IMG/VR virus record: IMGVR_UViG_3300028920_000028
Direction: 5' to 3' (one strand)
DNA: 64,000 nt
From: an uncultured virus (IMG/VR IMGVR_UViG_3300028920_000028)
Lineage: Duplodnaviria; Heunggongvirae; Uroviricota; Caudoviricetes
Every line of letters begins with the position of its first letter. Within the stretch, counting starts at the first letter, position 1. Positions 45,617-55,221 of this stretch are shown here, piece by piece. A program made the translations under genes and the position numbers. The notes beneath the pieces were generated by a model. The model was not told the DNA's origin, did not search any database, and saw only the letters and a program-made list of their open reading frames with translations.

Positions 45617-45765
45617 TCAACAGAAAGAAACTCGAGGAGTTCAAGGAGCCGGGGAAGGTCAAGACTGTGGATACCCCACCGTTCAACACGGGCAACAGGC
45701 TTATCAGCGATGGCTCGGGCGTCTACTTCCTGGACGGCGGGCGGCACACGGTTTCACTGAAGTAG
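45613..45765 (+). pseudogene. 50-aa ORF duplicating the kinase C-terminus (repeat copy 2)
   Basis: MINRKKLEEFKEPGKVKTVDTPPFNTGNRLISDGSGVYFLDGGRHTVSLK. Confidence 0.7.
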
Positions 45766-45768
45766 GGG

Positions 45769-45978
45769 GTGGGTATGACCGTTGATGAATTGAGGCAGAA
45801 GCTGGACGGGTTGCCTGGAAACATGAAGGTCGTGGTGCGCAGGAACAAGCACAACGCCTTCGATGACTCAGCCGAATTCTATGTCGGCCGCTTCCGCAAG
45901 GACGCGGAGGACTTCGAGGCCTGCGAGTTTGAGGAGGATTGGGACAAAATGGATCCGAACGCTGTGTGCATCTACTAG
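45769..45978 (+). CDS. small phage hypothetical protein
   Basis: MTVDELRQKLDGLPGNMKVVV, common phage motif. Confidence 0.7.
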   Translation: MGMTVDELRQKLDGLPGNMKVVVRRNKHNAFDDSAEFYVGRFRKDAEDFEACEFEEDWDKMDPNAVCIY

Positions 45979-46064
45979 GGGGTGTCATGAGGGCATCTCT
46001 AAAATGGTTGCTCGGGCGCACACGCGACAGGACAGTTATCGCATGCGTGTAGAAGGGGATATCA

Positions 46065-46550
46065 ATGTCAACAAGCTTCCATAGCTACGCCGTCCTCGGG
46101 TGTCCGTTGCCTGACAGCTTCCCGAAGGCGAGGGTCATGGTGAGGAAGAGGGCGTTCGACCACGACTACCCGGACGACGGGGAGAAGGAGTTCGACCCCA
46201 AGACCGGCGCCAGGCTATGGCTCGACGAGACGGAGGAGGTCGACGCCGACTACGAGAAGTTCGCCGTGCTGGATGAGTACGACAGCGTTGACCCCGAGGA
46301 GTATCCGGGGATGGTGGGGGTCAAACTTGGCGACTACGGCTTGTCCACGGCGTGCACGACCGACGAGGACGAAACCATAGTGGGCATCGTTGTGGGGTCA
46401 CCTGGTTACGAACCCGGATTGGCCAAGCTGAACGCGGATCCAAAGTCCGTGGAGGAGACAAGGCAGAAGGTGAAAGCCTTCATGGAGGCCATCGATTCCT
46501 GGGATCCCGAGTCGTTCGGGTTCTACTCCGTGGGGTACGTCAGCTACTGA
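46065..46550 (+). CDS. acidic hypothetical protein
   Basis: GC3-rich ORF. Confidence 0.7.
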   Translation: MSTSFHSYAVLGCPLPDSFPKARVMVRKRAFDHDYPDDGEKEFDPKTGARLWLDETEEVDADYEKFAVLDEYDSVDPEEYPGMVGVKLGDYGLSTACTTDEDETIVGIVVGSPGYEPGLAKLNADPKSVEETRQKVKAFMEAIDSWDPESFGFYSVGYVSY

Positions 46551-46756
46551 TGGAGACCCACACCCTTCTGATGATGAAGAACGGGCTGGAGTCGCACCGC
46601 ATGTTCGGGCGGCCGCTGATGGACATCCTGGAGGACGAAACCGAGATGGAGTTGCAGGCTGTGTTGTGGGACTGCTTTCACAATGCCAAAAGATCCTACG
46701 TCATGGTGAAGGAGTTCCAGCAACGAAGGGCATTCACGCGAGGTACAGACGGATGA
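46550..46756 (+). CDS. small hypothetical protein
   Basis: TGATG overlap. Confidence 0.55.
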   Translation: METHTLLMMKNGLESHRMFGRPLMDILEDETEMELQAVLWDCFHNAKRSYVMVKEFQQRRAFTRGTDG

Positions 46757-47102
46757 CCTCCATGACGGACGCATCCTTGGGCTTGTTGCGGGGGCTCGTC
46801 TTCCAGAACTCGTTGCCGTTGAGGGCGTGCTCCCTCTGGTGCTCCCCGAGGTGGCGAAGGACGAGATTCGAGGGGTCGTTGTTCGTGACATCCCCGTCCT
46901 TGTGGTCCACCTCCTCGCCATCCTTGAGATACCGCCCCAGTTCGTTCTCGAGCACGGCCCTGTGCAGGTACACGTACTTGCGCTTGCGGTCTCCCCGCTC
47001 CTCCGCCTGGGGGTGGGGCGGGTCGGTCTCGCAGTACAGATACCCCTGCTCGCCGCTCTTGACGATGCTGCCGGGGACGATCCTCTGGATGGGCCTTGCC
47101 AT
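46734..47102 (-). CDS. HNH endonuclease
   Basis: YVYLHRAVLENELGRYL...EEVDHKDGDVTNNDPSNL...H. Confidence 0.88.
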   Translation of the reverse strand: MARPIQRIVPGSIVKSGEQGYLYCETDPPHPQAEERGDRKRKYVYLHRAVLENELGRYLKDGEEVDHKDGDVTNNDPSNLVLRHLGEHQREHALNGNEFWKTSPRNKPKDASVMEVIRLYLA

Positions 47103-47141
47103 ACGGATATGCCGCAATATTAAAGAATTATCGCGTTTCCC

Positions 47142-47170
47142 TTTACACCAGCTATTGAAAATGGTATATT
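47142..47170 (+). promoter_or_regulatory. GTATATT-family promoter
   Basis: TTTACACC-N6-TGAAAATGGTATATT, nearly the same as 11912-11940. Confidence 0.75.
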
Positions 47171-47189
47171 ATTAGGGAGAGGGGGACGC

Positions 47190-47405
47190 ATGGAGACGGA
47201 GGAGCTGCGGCTCAAGCTGCTGAAAATCCGGGACGGCTCCGCCGAGGTGTGCAAGACCGCCGACGAGGCCCTCGCCATGCTCCCGGCCCCGGACGCGGCA
47301 CGAAGGGGCTACGAAGGGGATGTAGCCGGCCACTTGAGGAGCATCGCCGAGCACGGCGCGGGAAAGGTCCCATATGGGTCAAAAGGGGCAGATTCCAGCC
47401 AATAA
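47190..47405 (+). CDS. small hypothetical protein
   Basis: RBS GAGGGG. Confidence 0.6.
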   Translation: METEELRLKLLKIRDGSAEVCKTADEALAMLPAPDAARRGYEGDVAGHLRSIAEHGAGKVPYGSKGADSSQ

Positions 47406-47709
47406 AAAGCCCCCCGGGGAGCCGGCGGCGGCCGACCGCGACTCGGTCGTAGCGTTTGTCAAGCACACGCTGCGCACCGGAGTGTACGAATCCGGTGATT
47501 TTGAGGTGGCAGATGAGTATATTTCTATAGACTTGGCGTACGACTCGAGAAGCTACATCGAGTTCTACCAAGGGACGATAGCTGGGCGATACCCCGGGCT
47601 CACCAAGATCGACGGGACCCGGGTCACGGTATACTTTGGAGAGGGCAATGGCACAGGACAGGGTGGACAAGAGGGTCGGGGGAGTCAAGAGGGCCAAGAA
47701 GGCGCGTGA
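47374..47709 (+). CDS. hypothetical protein
   Basis: ORF in gap; start uncertain. Confidence 0.5.
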   Translation: MGQKGQIPANKKPPGEPAAADRDSVVAFVKHTLRTGVYESGDFEVADEYISIDLAYDSRSYIEFYQGTIAGRYPGLTKIDGTRVTVYFGEGNGTGQGGQEGRGSQEGQEGA

Positions 47710-48019
47710 GTATATGCGCGCCGTGATGGCCGACGAGGGCCACCAAATGCGCTACGCGAAGGACATCGACTTCGCCAGGAAGTTCGACGTCTCCCGCCAC
47801 ACCATCTACGCGATACGGGACGAACTGAAGATGCCGCCCAGGTCGCAGCGGGTCGCCGACAGGCTGAAAAGGATGAAGACGGCGGACAGGACCCTCGGCG
47901 AGATCTGCCAGCTTCTCAACGTGAAGTACGCCGGACTGTACAAGGTCATGACGGAGAACGGCATCCCGTTCAAGTCCGACCTCAAACCGCCCGTGAAGCG
48001 CAAACGCGCTACGAAATGA
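47648..48019 (+). CDS. double helix-turn-helix protein
   Basis: DIDFARKFDVSRHTIYAIR and TLGEICQLLNVKYAGLY. Confidence 0.7.
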   Translation: MAQDRVDKRVGGVKRAKKAREYMRAVMADEGHQMRYAKDIDFARKFDVSRHTIYAIRDELKMPPRSQRVADRLKRMKTADRTLGEICQLLNVKYAGLYKVMTENGIPFKSDLKPPVKRKRATK

Positions 48020-49541
48020 CAATCGCCTGCTGGTTGTCGTCGAACACCCAGGACGGCCCGTTATTGCCCCCGTCGGTGTTCGAGGGGTCAAGTGCGTCTA
48101 TCTCCTCCCCCACGACCTCGGAGTCCGATACTGCGGTGTGGTCCACCCGGCCGTAGCCCGTCATGGTGCCGCTCCACGGGGTGCCGGGCGTGTCCGACGA
48201 CACGGACACCTCGTATGGGTCGGTCCCGGTGAAGTCCATGCCGCTGAACTCATAAGGGAACGATGCGCTGAGGGTGAGGCCGATGTCACCCGTGGACGCG
48301 TCCCCCTCGAGGCTACCCCCCGTCACCTGCCTCTGCAGATCGTGGGACTTGCCGGCGGCGAAGGTGATGGTGTTTTCCACCGAGAACTTGACGTCACCGG
48401 TGCTTGATGCCCCGCTTGGGGAAAAGGTCAAGTCATAGAACTTGATGAAGTCGTCATCGTTCTGCCAATTCTCGCCCACGGAATCGGTGACGGTCACGCT
48501 GGACGCCCCCACGTTGAAGGTCGGCGCCACCGTGACAGCGCCCGTGCCCGTCGGGTATGGCGACCATTGGCTCACACTCCATGTGGAGGTCTGGAGGTTG
48601 TAGGTTGCCCCGTTGTTGCTGACCCATCTCACGAATAACGGGCAGGTAATCGAGGAACTGCCGAAGTTGCAGGTCAAGGGCGCGTCCGAGGAGGTTTCCG
48701 AGTCCCCCCACAGCATGAAGGAATATGTGGTTATGTCGTAGTCGTTGGTGTTGAAGGTGGGGTCGCCGCTCGAGCTGTCCCCCCACACGGCCAGGTTGTC
48801 CACGTTCGCGATGTCGCCCTGCAGGCTGAAGGTGCCAGTGATGGCGCCGACGAGCCTGCACCTCAGCGCGGCGGCGGTGTACGACCCGTTGCTTCCGAAT
48901 CCAGTCCCGCCGGGCACGTTCAGTACCGTGTCGTCCACGTCCAGTTCGAAGTACACGGTTCCAAGGTTGCTGCCATTCGATGCGTTGAACCAGCCGTTGA
49001 GGACAAGGACGTTGCCACTGCCACGGAGGTGAACGTCGTGGCCCGTCCCGGACACCGCATGCAGGTCGAGGACATGGCCCGAGTCTATGGTCAGCACCCC
49101 GTCGTGGACGTACACGTCATCGTCGAGGTCGACGTCCTGGCTGATGTCCAGGTTGTAGAAGGCGTTGGACAAGTTCGGGTTCCCGAGGGTCTGCGTCGAC
49201 GACCCCGCCATGTCCACCGTGGACGATCCGGCATCGAGCAAGTCGTCGTTCGACGCTATGCTGACGTCGCCCGTGCACGTCACCGTGTATATCCCGAGGC
49301 CGAGCGTGGCGCCGGAGTAGCCGCTGGTCATCGTCCAGTCGACGAGCGTCGGCGTCGTGTCCAGCGTGCAGTCGCCCGCGGAGGAGTTGTCGAAAAGGAC
49401 GTTGTCGGACGATGTCGGGACGCCCGCGCCCCCGGTTCCCCCGGAGGTGGCGGACCAGTTGTTGGAGTCGTTCCAGTTGCCCGTGCCGCTACCGAGGGCG
49501 CCCGTCCCGCCTGATCTGTTGACCCAATACCTGTCAGCCAT
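48009..49541 (-). CDS. beta-helix-like virion/adhesin protein
   Basis: RYWV...GNW...NWSATSGG.GGAGVP...DNVLFD start; Ser/Thr/Gly/Asp-rich. Confidence 0.75.
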   Translation of the reverse strand: MADRYWVNRSGGTGALGSGTGNWNDSNNWSATSGGTGGAGVPTSSDNVLFDNSSAGDCTLDTTPTLVDWTMTSGYSGATLGLGIYTVTCTGDVSIASNDDLLDAGSSTVDMAGSSTQTLGNPNLSNAFYNLDISQDVDLDDDVYVHDGVLTIDSGHVLDLHAVSGTGHDVHLRGSGNVLVLNGWFNASNGSNLGTVYFELDVDDTVLNVPGGTGFGSNGSYTAAALRCRLVGAITGTFSLQGDIANVDNLAVWGDSSSGDPTFNTNDYDITTYSFMLWGDSETSSDAPLTCNFGSSSITCPLFVRWVSNNGATYNLQTSTWSVSQWSPYPTGTGAVTVAPTFNVGASSVTVTDSVGENWQNDDDFIKFYDLTFSPSGASSTGDVKFSVENTITFAAGKSHDLQRQVTGGSLEGDASTGDIGLTLSASFPYEFSGMDFTGTDPYEVSVSSDTPGTPWSGTMTGYGRVDHTAVSDSEVVGEEIDALDPSNTDGGNNGPSWVFDDNQQAIVIS

Positions 49542-49547
49542 GCGTCA

Positions 49548-50084
49548 TCAAGCCTTGTGGTACTTCAGCGTGAGGGTCGTGGCCCGTATACCCGTGATGC
49601 TGCTGACATGCACCCTCATGATGTTGTCGTAGGACACCGTGGTGCTGTCCCAGTCGGAGAGGTCGTTGTCCTCGTTCTTCCAACCCGACACGTTGGGGCC
49701 GGTCGCCCCCGAGTTCATGGCGGTGCCCGTGAACGGGTAGTTGGCGTACGTGTCAGCGTACAGATCCACCTGCGCCAGGCCCGTCGCGCCCCCCGTGGAC
49801 ACCATGCGCCAGCCATACAGTTCAATGTCGTACGGCATCGTGAGGTCCACCTGGAAGCCCGGACGGCGCGACAGCCGGACGTTGAAGGCCCCCGTGGCGC
49901 CGAGATCCCTCCCGGTGGATCCCTGCGTGCCCTGCGGCCCCGTGAAGCCCTGGGCGCCCGTCGCCCCCTGCAGCCCCGTGAAGCCGTCCTTCACCCACTT
50001 GCTGTCCGAGGCGATGTACTTGTACTGCGACCCGTACTCGGTCGTGTACTTCTGGCCGTCCACTGCTCCCGTGGGAAATGGCAT
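49548..50084 (-). CDS. short collagen-containing fibre protein
   Basis: FPTGAVDGQKYT N-motif; GXTGXQ stretch; beta C-domain. Confidence 0.8.
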   Translation of the reverse strand: MPFPTGAVDGQKYTTEYGSQYKYIASDSKWVKDGFTGLQGATGAQGFTGPQGTQGSTGRDLGATGAFNVRLSRRPGFQVDLTMPYDIELYGWRMVSTGGATGLAQVDLYADTYANYPFTGTAMNSGATGPNVSGWKNEDNDLSDWDSTTVSYDNIMRVHVSSITGIRATTLTLKYHKA

Positions 50085-50093
50085 ATGTCTCTC

Positions 50094-50822
50094 CTATTTG
50101 GTGGTCCCGGTGAGCCTCAACACGGACTCCCGGTACACGGGGGCGTTGGTCCCTGTGCGCGTCGCATGCCGCCCGGCTGTGTTCCCCCAATCGCGCACGG
50201 CGTCCGAGGTGGTGGCCAGGGACGTGCCGACCGCGAAATCGCGGAAGGCGTACCTCACGAGGAGCCCCTCTACTATCCTGTCGGACCCCCGCGTCGTGTA
50301 CAGCGTCTGTATCTCGGCGTCCGAGAGCGCCCTGTTGTACAGTCTGAAGTCGTCCAACAGGCCGTCCCAGCCCCCGCCGGCTTTCGCCCCCTTGCCGATC
50401 ATGAGTGTCGTGCAACCGGATATCGTGCCCGTGTTGGTACCAGATATGCCCCCTGCGAATGTGTCCTCCACCCCATCGAGGAAGACGCGCATGTTTGTCC
50501 CTGATGTCCACTTGAACACGCAGTGCTGCCAGTCCGTCGTCTGCGTGCCTCCGGAGGTCTCCCTGTTGTGCTGGGCGGAGGAAATCTGCAAACCCATCTT
50601 CAAGACGTTTGTGCCCCCTCCCACGAATCCAGACGCATCGTACCTCATGGCGAGGTATTGGTCGGTACCGTCCGGTGCCGCTCCAAAAACGAAGCCGTTG
50701 TCCGTCCCCGTGACATCCGACTTGACCCATATGCTCGCGGTCACCGACGACAGGCCGTTGATGTAGCTCTCCCCGTCGGCGTCCTCTATCTCCTGGTTGT
50801 TCGACGCGAACTCGAGCGCCAT
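50094..50822 (-). CDS. LamG/concanavalin-A-like protein
   Basis: TASIWVK, WQHCVF, FLDG, DGLLDDFRLYNRALSDAEI. Confidence 0.88.
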   Translation of the reverse strand: MALEFASNNQEIEDADGESYINGLSSVTASIWVKSDVTGTDNGFVFGAAPDGTDQYLAMRYDASGFVGGGTNVLKMGLQISSAQHNRETSGGTQTTDWQHCVFKWTSGTNMRVFLDGVEDTFAGGISGTNTGTISGCTTLMIGKGAKAGGGWDGLLDDFRLYNRALSDAEIQTLYTTRGSDRIVEGLLVRYAFRDFAVGTSLATTSDAVRDWGNTAGRHATRTGTNAPVYRESVLRLTGTTK

Positions 50823-50823
50823 G

Positions 50824-52770
50824 CTACAACGCCTCCACGAGTAGTTCCACGAGATACCAGTCGCCCGTCAGTGTGTCGCTGCCGTTGCCCGCATCCCTGG
50901 TCAGTTCGAACTGCACCAGATTCCCCGCCGTGAGGGACAGCGAACTCAGGGTCTTGGTCTCGTCGTCGTATTGGTAGTTGGCGTTCGTCGGTATCGACAG
51001 GGACGAGAACGCGCTGCTCGACCACGCGGATATAGACGAGTTGTCGGACACCGTCCGGTAGTAGAGCTTCGGGACGACCGCCGACGCGCCCCCCGGGGCC
51101 GAGGCCGCGCGGTGCTTGAAGAGGAACTTGAGCGACGTGGTCCCCGCCGGTATTGTGCGTATGAACCCCACGCCCTCCTCGGTGGTGTCGTCGAAGGCCC
51201 GAACGGAGAGCGCCACGTTCGTGCCGTCAGAGAGGGCCGGGGCCAGCCCCGTGACCCCCCAGTCCTTCGTGCCCGGATTGTCGAAGTCCGCCGCGTGGTG
51301 GTACAGGAGCGTCTGCCCCTCTGCCCCCGTCTCCCCTTGAATCCCTGTTTGTCCTTGCGCGCCCGTCGCCCCTTGGGCACCCGTGAACCCCCGGATCCCG
51401 GTGGCGCCCCGCACCCCCGTGACACCCCGGGGTCCGGTGGATCCCCGAATCCCGGTGACGCCTTGGGCGCCCGTGAACCCCCGGATCCCGGTGGAGCCTT
51501 GGGTGCCCGTCGCCCCTTGAACGCCTGTGGTCCCCGGAAGCCCGCTTGATTCCGCGGTCCGGATCACTATGCCCGCTGCGTTAGCCAAGGTTTTCACGGT
51601 GCTTGAGCCGGAGTTGACCCCGGCCACCAAGCGGATTTTGTCCCCCGCGTCGTAACTGCGAAGGATCGTCACGCTGGCCGCGGAGCCGCCTTGGGAACTG
51701 TTTCGGTTGTAGATAAGGGCGCGCGACCCGGGGATGTCGACGAACCCCGACCCCACGTCCTCCTGCAGCTTCGCCTCAGACTCTGTTCGATCAGTGCCGG
51801 AGGTCGCGTCCGTCGTGATATAATAGGTTATCTCGTAAAGTCCGGACGCGTTGAATGTGACCTCGGAGGTGTCCGCCGTGTGCGAGTACGCGTCCGAGTC
51901 CACGCGGGCGTTCGTGTCCAAGTCGATTCCGGTGAATCCCGCGGAGATGTCTATCCCGCCCCCCGCGTCATAGGCGTAGAACAGGCGTCTATCCGACGCG
52001 CCGAGCCCCGTGGCCCCTTGTGGCCCGGTGGAACCTTGAATGCCCGTCTCGCCCCCTCCCCCCGCGCCCGTGGCACCCTGTACGCCCGTGTGCCCGATGG
52101 CGCCGGTGGACCCCCGCAGCCCGGTGGATCCGACTCCTTGAACCCCCGTCACCCCCTGTATCCCCTGCTGCCCCGTCTTCCCCGGGAAGGCCCCCGAACT
52201 TATGTCTATCCACGCATCGGCGAGGGCGTCGTAGAAGTAGACTATCTCGTCCTCGTTGTCGTAGTAAAGCTGGCGATCCTCGGGGGAGGCCGGAAACGCG
52301 GAGCCACGGGTGAAGTTGGCCACGCCGGTTATGCCCTGGTCGCCGGTTATGCCCTGGTCGCCGGTTTCCCCTCGGGACCCTGTCGCACCCCGGATGCCAG
52401 TTGAACCCTGCAATCCGGTCGAACCGTCCACGCCCTGTTGCCCCGTGGCTCCTTGAACGCCTGTGGACCCGTCCACCCCCTGTTGCCCGGTCGCGCCCCG
52501 TATGCCCGTGTCGCCCCTCACACCGGTCGACCCGTCCACGCCCTGTTGCCCCGTGGCCCCTTGAACGCCTGTGGACCCCTCAATGCCTTGCACCCCCGTG
52601 GAGCCGGCGATCCCTGTGGCACCCGCTGTGCCGGTCGGCCCGGGGTTGCCCACGTCCTGTATGCCCACTATCACCCACGTGTTGTTGGCGGCGCCGTATT
52701 GGTACTTGGTGCCGTTGGGGGTGGTGTACAGGTCACCGTCCTGCGGGTTTATCGGAAAGCTGATTGCCAT
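50824..52770 (-). CDS. collagen-like fibre protein with C1q-like and C-terminal head domains
   Basis: GXTGXQ blocks; FNASGLYEITY; FDDTTEEG head. Confidence 0.85.
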   Translation of the reverse strand: MAISFPINPQDGDLYTTPNGTKYQYGAANNTWVIVGIQDVGNPGPTGTAGATGIAGSTGVQGIEGSTGVQGATGQQGVDGSTGVRGDTGIRGATGQQGVDGSTGVQGATGQQGVDGSTGLQGSTGIRGATGSRGETGDQGITGDQGITGVANFTRGSAFPASPEDRQLYYDNEDEIVYFYDALADAWIDISSGAFPGKTGQQGIQGVTGVQGVGSTGLRGSTGAIGHTGVQGATGAGGGGETGIQGSTGPQGATGLGASDRRLFYAYDAGGGIDISAGFTGIDLDTNARVDSDAYSHTADTSEVTFNASGLYEITYYITTDATSGTDRTESEAKLQEDVGSGFVDIPGSRALIYNRNSSQGGSAASVTILRSYDAGDKIRLVAGVNSGSSTVKTLANAAGIVIRTAESSGLPGTTGVQGATGTQGSTGIRGFTGAQGVTGIRGSTGPRGVTGVRGATGIRGFTGAQGATGAQGQTGIQGETGAEGQTLLYHHAADFDNPGTKDWGVTGLAPALSDGTNVALSVRAFDDTTEEGVGFIRTIPAGTTSLKFLFKHRAASAPGGASAVVPKLYYRTVSDNSSISAWSSSAFSSLSIPTNANYQYDDETKTLSSLSLTAGNLVQFELTRDAGNGSDTLTGDWYLVELLVEAL

Positions 52771-52783
52771 GTTCTATCTTCCC

Positions 52784-54526
52784 CTACCAAGTCGATATGT
52801 ATCCGGTTTCCCCTGCGGACACCCATCCGAGGCTGAACTTGCCGTAGTCGACGTACCTGTGGTAGATACCCGTGTCCCCGTTGTCCTGCGTGACGGCGGC
52901 GTTGAGGTTCCACAGCCTGCCGAGCGCGGACACGTCCGGCCTCGTCCACATGGTGACCTGCGCCGTGCCCGCCCCGTAGTACACGTCCGACGTGCCGAAG
53001 GCCTCGAGCGACCACATCACCGCCGATATGTAACCGAAGTCGAACAGCTTCTGCCCGTCCGAGTCGCTGTTGTCGATCACGCCGACGCCGCAGAAGTTGA
53101 CCCCGTACGCGGCCCGGAGCGTCTGCATCTTGGAACCTCGCGCGGCCCAGTCGAGCGGATCCTCGTACCCGTCGTTGGACGAGTACGCCAGCGTGTTGAT
53201 CGGGAACGACTCCACCAGTATCCAGTCTGTGGTCGTGAGGTTGGACTCGGCCCCCGACGAGTTGTAGGTCGAGTTCGGGTAGGACGGGTCGTTCGCGGTG
53301 CCAAGGATATGATCAGTGTTCCACGCGTTGGCGAAGGCGGTGGTGGCATGGTCCAATCCGTGCACGTAGTCCACCCGGTCGTTGAAGTCCGACCTGGTGC
53401 GGCCGAAGTCGTACCCCGACTCGTCCATGAATATGCCGTCGACCTCGAGGTCGTCCCACTGACCCGCCTTGGTCTGGAAGTTCGCGAGGCTTTGGTCGGT
53501 CGATACGTACCCGAATATCTTGGTCGCGTTGTTCAGCTCCCTCACTCTCGGTATGATGACCTCAGTGTTGCTGTAGTCGGGGTGGTCGGGGTCCTCCACG
53601 CCGTCGCCGAGCACGATTATGCTGTACCTCGCCATGTCCTGCGAGACCAATTCGTTGTTCCAGGAGTTGACGGCGCTGTTGTAGCTGTTCGGGTAGCCGT
53701 AGTAGAACAGGACGTTCAAGGGCTTGACATACTCCCCCTTGAACACCTCCTGCTGGTGCCATCCCAGCTTGTCGTGTATGTTCTCGAGGTTCTCGACCCT
53801 GTCGGCGTGATCCTCAAGGATGCCCGAGGCCCCGAGTATGGCGGAGTGGCCCGTCTCGAACAGCGGGTTCTCGGAGTCGTTGTACAGGTCCTTGCGGTGC
53901 TGCAGGATCTGCATGAGGTAGAACGGCCCCTTGATGCCGGAGTCGGGATCCTCGACCTGCGCCTTCTCGTCCAGGAACGTTGACAGGGTGAGGTCGTCCT
54001 GCGCGCCCATGACGCCGGTGATGCCCACGCCCGGGTCCTCGGATATGAGCGTGGCCTCGTCCAACACTATGGCGTTGACGCCCGTGACGGTGTCGGCGGA
54101 CTCGACATCGGATATCTTCTCGTTGAGGTCCTCCGATATGGACTGCACCCAATCCGTCCACGGCTGTATCTGCTCGTTTCTTTTGGGCTTTATCCTGTTC
54201 GAGTCGCTGTACAGCGTCTGGTAGAGGTCCTTGTAGCCGTTGTACCTCTCCTCTATGATCCCGTAGGCCCTCTCGGCGAGGTAGTTCCTGCGGGCGGACC
54301 TCGCGCTGGCAAGGCGCGTCGAGTCGGCCGTTGACTTCTCGCCGGAGCTCATCTCCACGATGTCGTCCCCGGACGCCTTCCAATAGTACTCCGGCACCCC
54401 CGCCACGCTTGAAAGGTCGGGGTTGACGATCCAGTCGTCCGTCGAGTAGTCGGGCGTGTTGACGCTGTACTTCCGCAGAAGCTTGTAGTCGTCGTCCCTT
54501 TCGGTGCGGTTGATCAAGTCGGCCAT
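52784..54526 (-). CDS. virion-module protein with glycoside-hydrolase-like TIM barrel (Sph3/GH114/PelA-like)
   Basis: Start MADLINR; YYGYP, IFGYV, VDGIFMDESGYDFG, FANAWN, LVES motifs. Confidence 0.6.
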   Translation of the reverse strand: MADLINRTERDDDYKLLRKYSVNTPDYSTDDWIVNPDLSSVAGVPEYYWKASGDDIVEMSSGEKSTADSTRLASARSARRNYLAERAYGIIEERYNGYKDLYQTLYSDSNRIKPKRNEQIQPWTDWVQSISEDLNEKISDVESADTVTGVNAIVLDEATLISEDPGVGITGVMGAQDDLTLSTFLDEKAQVEDPDSGIKGPFYLMQILQHRKDLYNDSENPLFETGHSAILGASGILEDHADRVENLENIHDKLGWHQQEVFKGEYVKPLNVLFYYGYPNSYNSAVNSWNNELVSQDMARYSIIVLGDGVEDPDHPDYSNTEVIIPRVRELNNATKIFGYVSTDQSLANFQTKAGQWDDLEVDGIFMDESGYDFGRTRSDFNDRVDYVHGLDHATTAFANAWNTDHILGTANDPSYPNSTYNSSGAESNLTTTDWILVESFPINTLAYSSNDGYEDPLDWAARGSKMQTLRAAYGVNFCGVGVIDNSDSDGQKLFDFGYISAVMWSLEAFGTSDVYYGAGTAQVTMWTRPDVSALGRLWNLNAAVTQDNGDTGIYHRYVDYGKFSLGWVSAGETGYISTW

Positions 54527-54552
54527 CGTTTCGCTCTCCCGTATTTGCGGCG

Positions 54553-55209
54553 CTACCTCGCGTAGCGCATCCTTCTCCTGTAGTTCAGCGTCGACCCCTC
54601 GTAGTCCGGCGCGCTCGGCCCGGGGGAGAAATCCATGTTGCCCTGCATGTCCCTCACCGACCCCGCCCCGGACACCGCCGTCCCCGGCGCCGCCTCCCGG
54701 AACAGGAGCCACAGCACCAATCCGTCCACCACCCTGTCCGCGCCGCGCGCTGCGTGTATGCCCTCTATCTCAGCATCCTCCAGGACCCTGTTGTATATCC
54801 GGAGGTCGTCCAGGTCCCCCGCCCAATACTGCGTCGTCCCCGTCCTGGTGCCTATGGTCAGCGTGCCCGACCCCGCGGAGGTGGTGTGCCCGCTACCCGT
54901 GTTCACGAGTTGCCCGTCCTTGTACGTGTTGCCCAGCCCGTCAGACGTCCTCCCGGTGAACGCATAGTGCGCCCACACCCCCGAGGTGTACGTGGTGCCG
55001 TCCGTGTGGCTTCCCGACTTCCAGAAGTCGTGGAACACCCCGGTGCCGTCTGTGCGACATTCCCACCCATCGTTGATACCCAGTATCCTGCGGATGCCGG
55101 CGGGCGTACCGTTCGGCCTCGCCCAGAAGCACACCGTCCCCACCGTCTGCGGGGGCGAGTATGACGACACGCTCGCCAGAGTCTCACCGGATGCCAAAAC
55201 CAAGGCCAT
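54553..55209 (-). CDS. LamG/concanavalin-A-like protein
   Basis: WAHYAFT, YKDG, GDLDDLRIYNRVL..AEI. Confidence 0.88.
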   Translation of the reverse strand: MALVLASGETLASVSSYSPPQTVGTVCFWARPNGTPAGIRRILGINDGWECRTDGTGVFHDFWKSGSHTDGTTYTSGVWAHYAFTGRTSDGLGNTYKDGQLVNTGSGHTTSAGSGTLTIGTRTGTTQYWAGDLDDLRIYNRVLEDAEIEGIHAARGADRVVDGLVLWLLFREAAPGTAVSGAGSVRDMQGNMDFSPGPSAPDYEGSTLNYRRRMRYAR

Positions 55210-55221
55210 GCCGACTCCCCG

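Noticed and set aside
45074..45765. Repeat pair as a DGR template/variable repeat
   Set aside because: Differences are not confined to adenines of one copy (G/A, G/T, C/T, T/C, A/G, indel) and no reverse transcriptase is in the window
159..47700. Numerous long - strand and alternate-frame ORFs in the track
   Set aside because: Shadow ORFs of GC-rich coding sequence (Arg/Pro/Gly-rich, no motifs) overlapping better-supported + strand genes
52784..54712. ORF-track start at 54712 for the hydrolase-like gene
   Set aside because: It overlaps the LamG gene; ATG at 54526 with an upstream GGGAGAG RBS is more plausible
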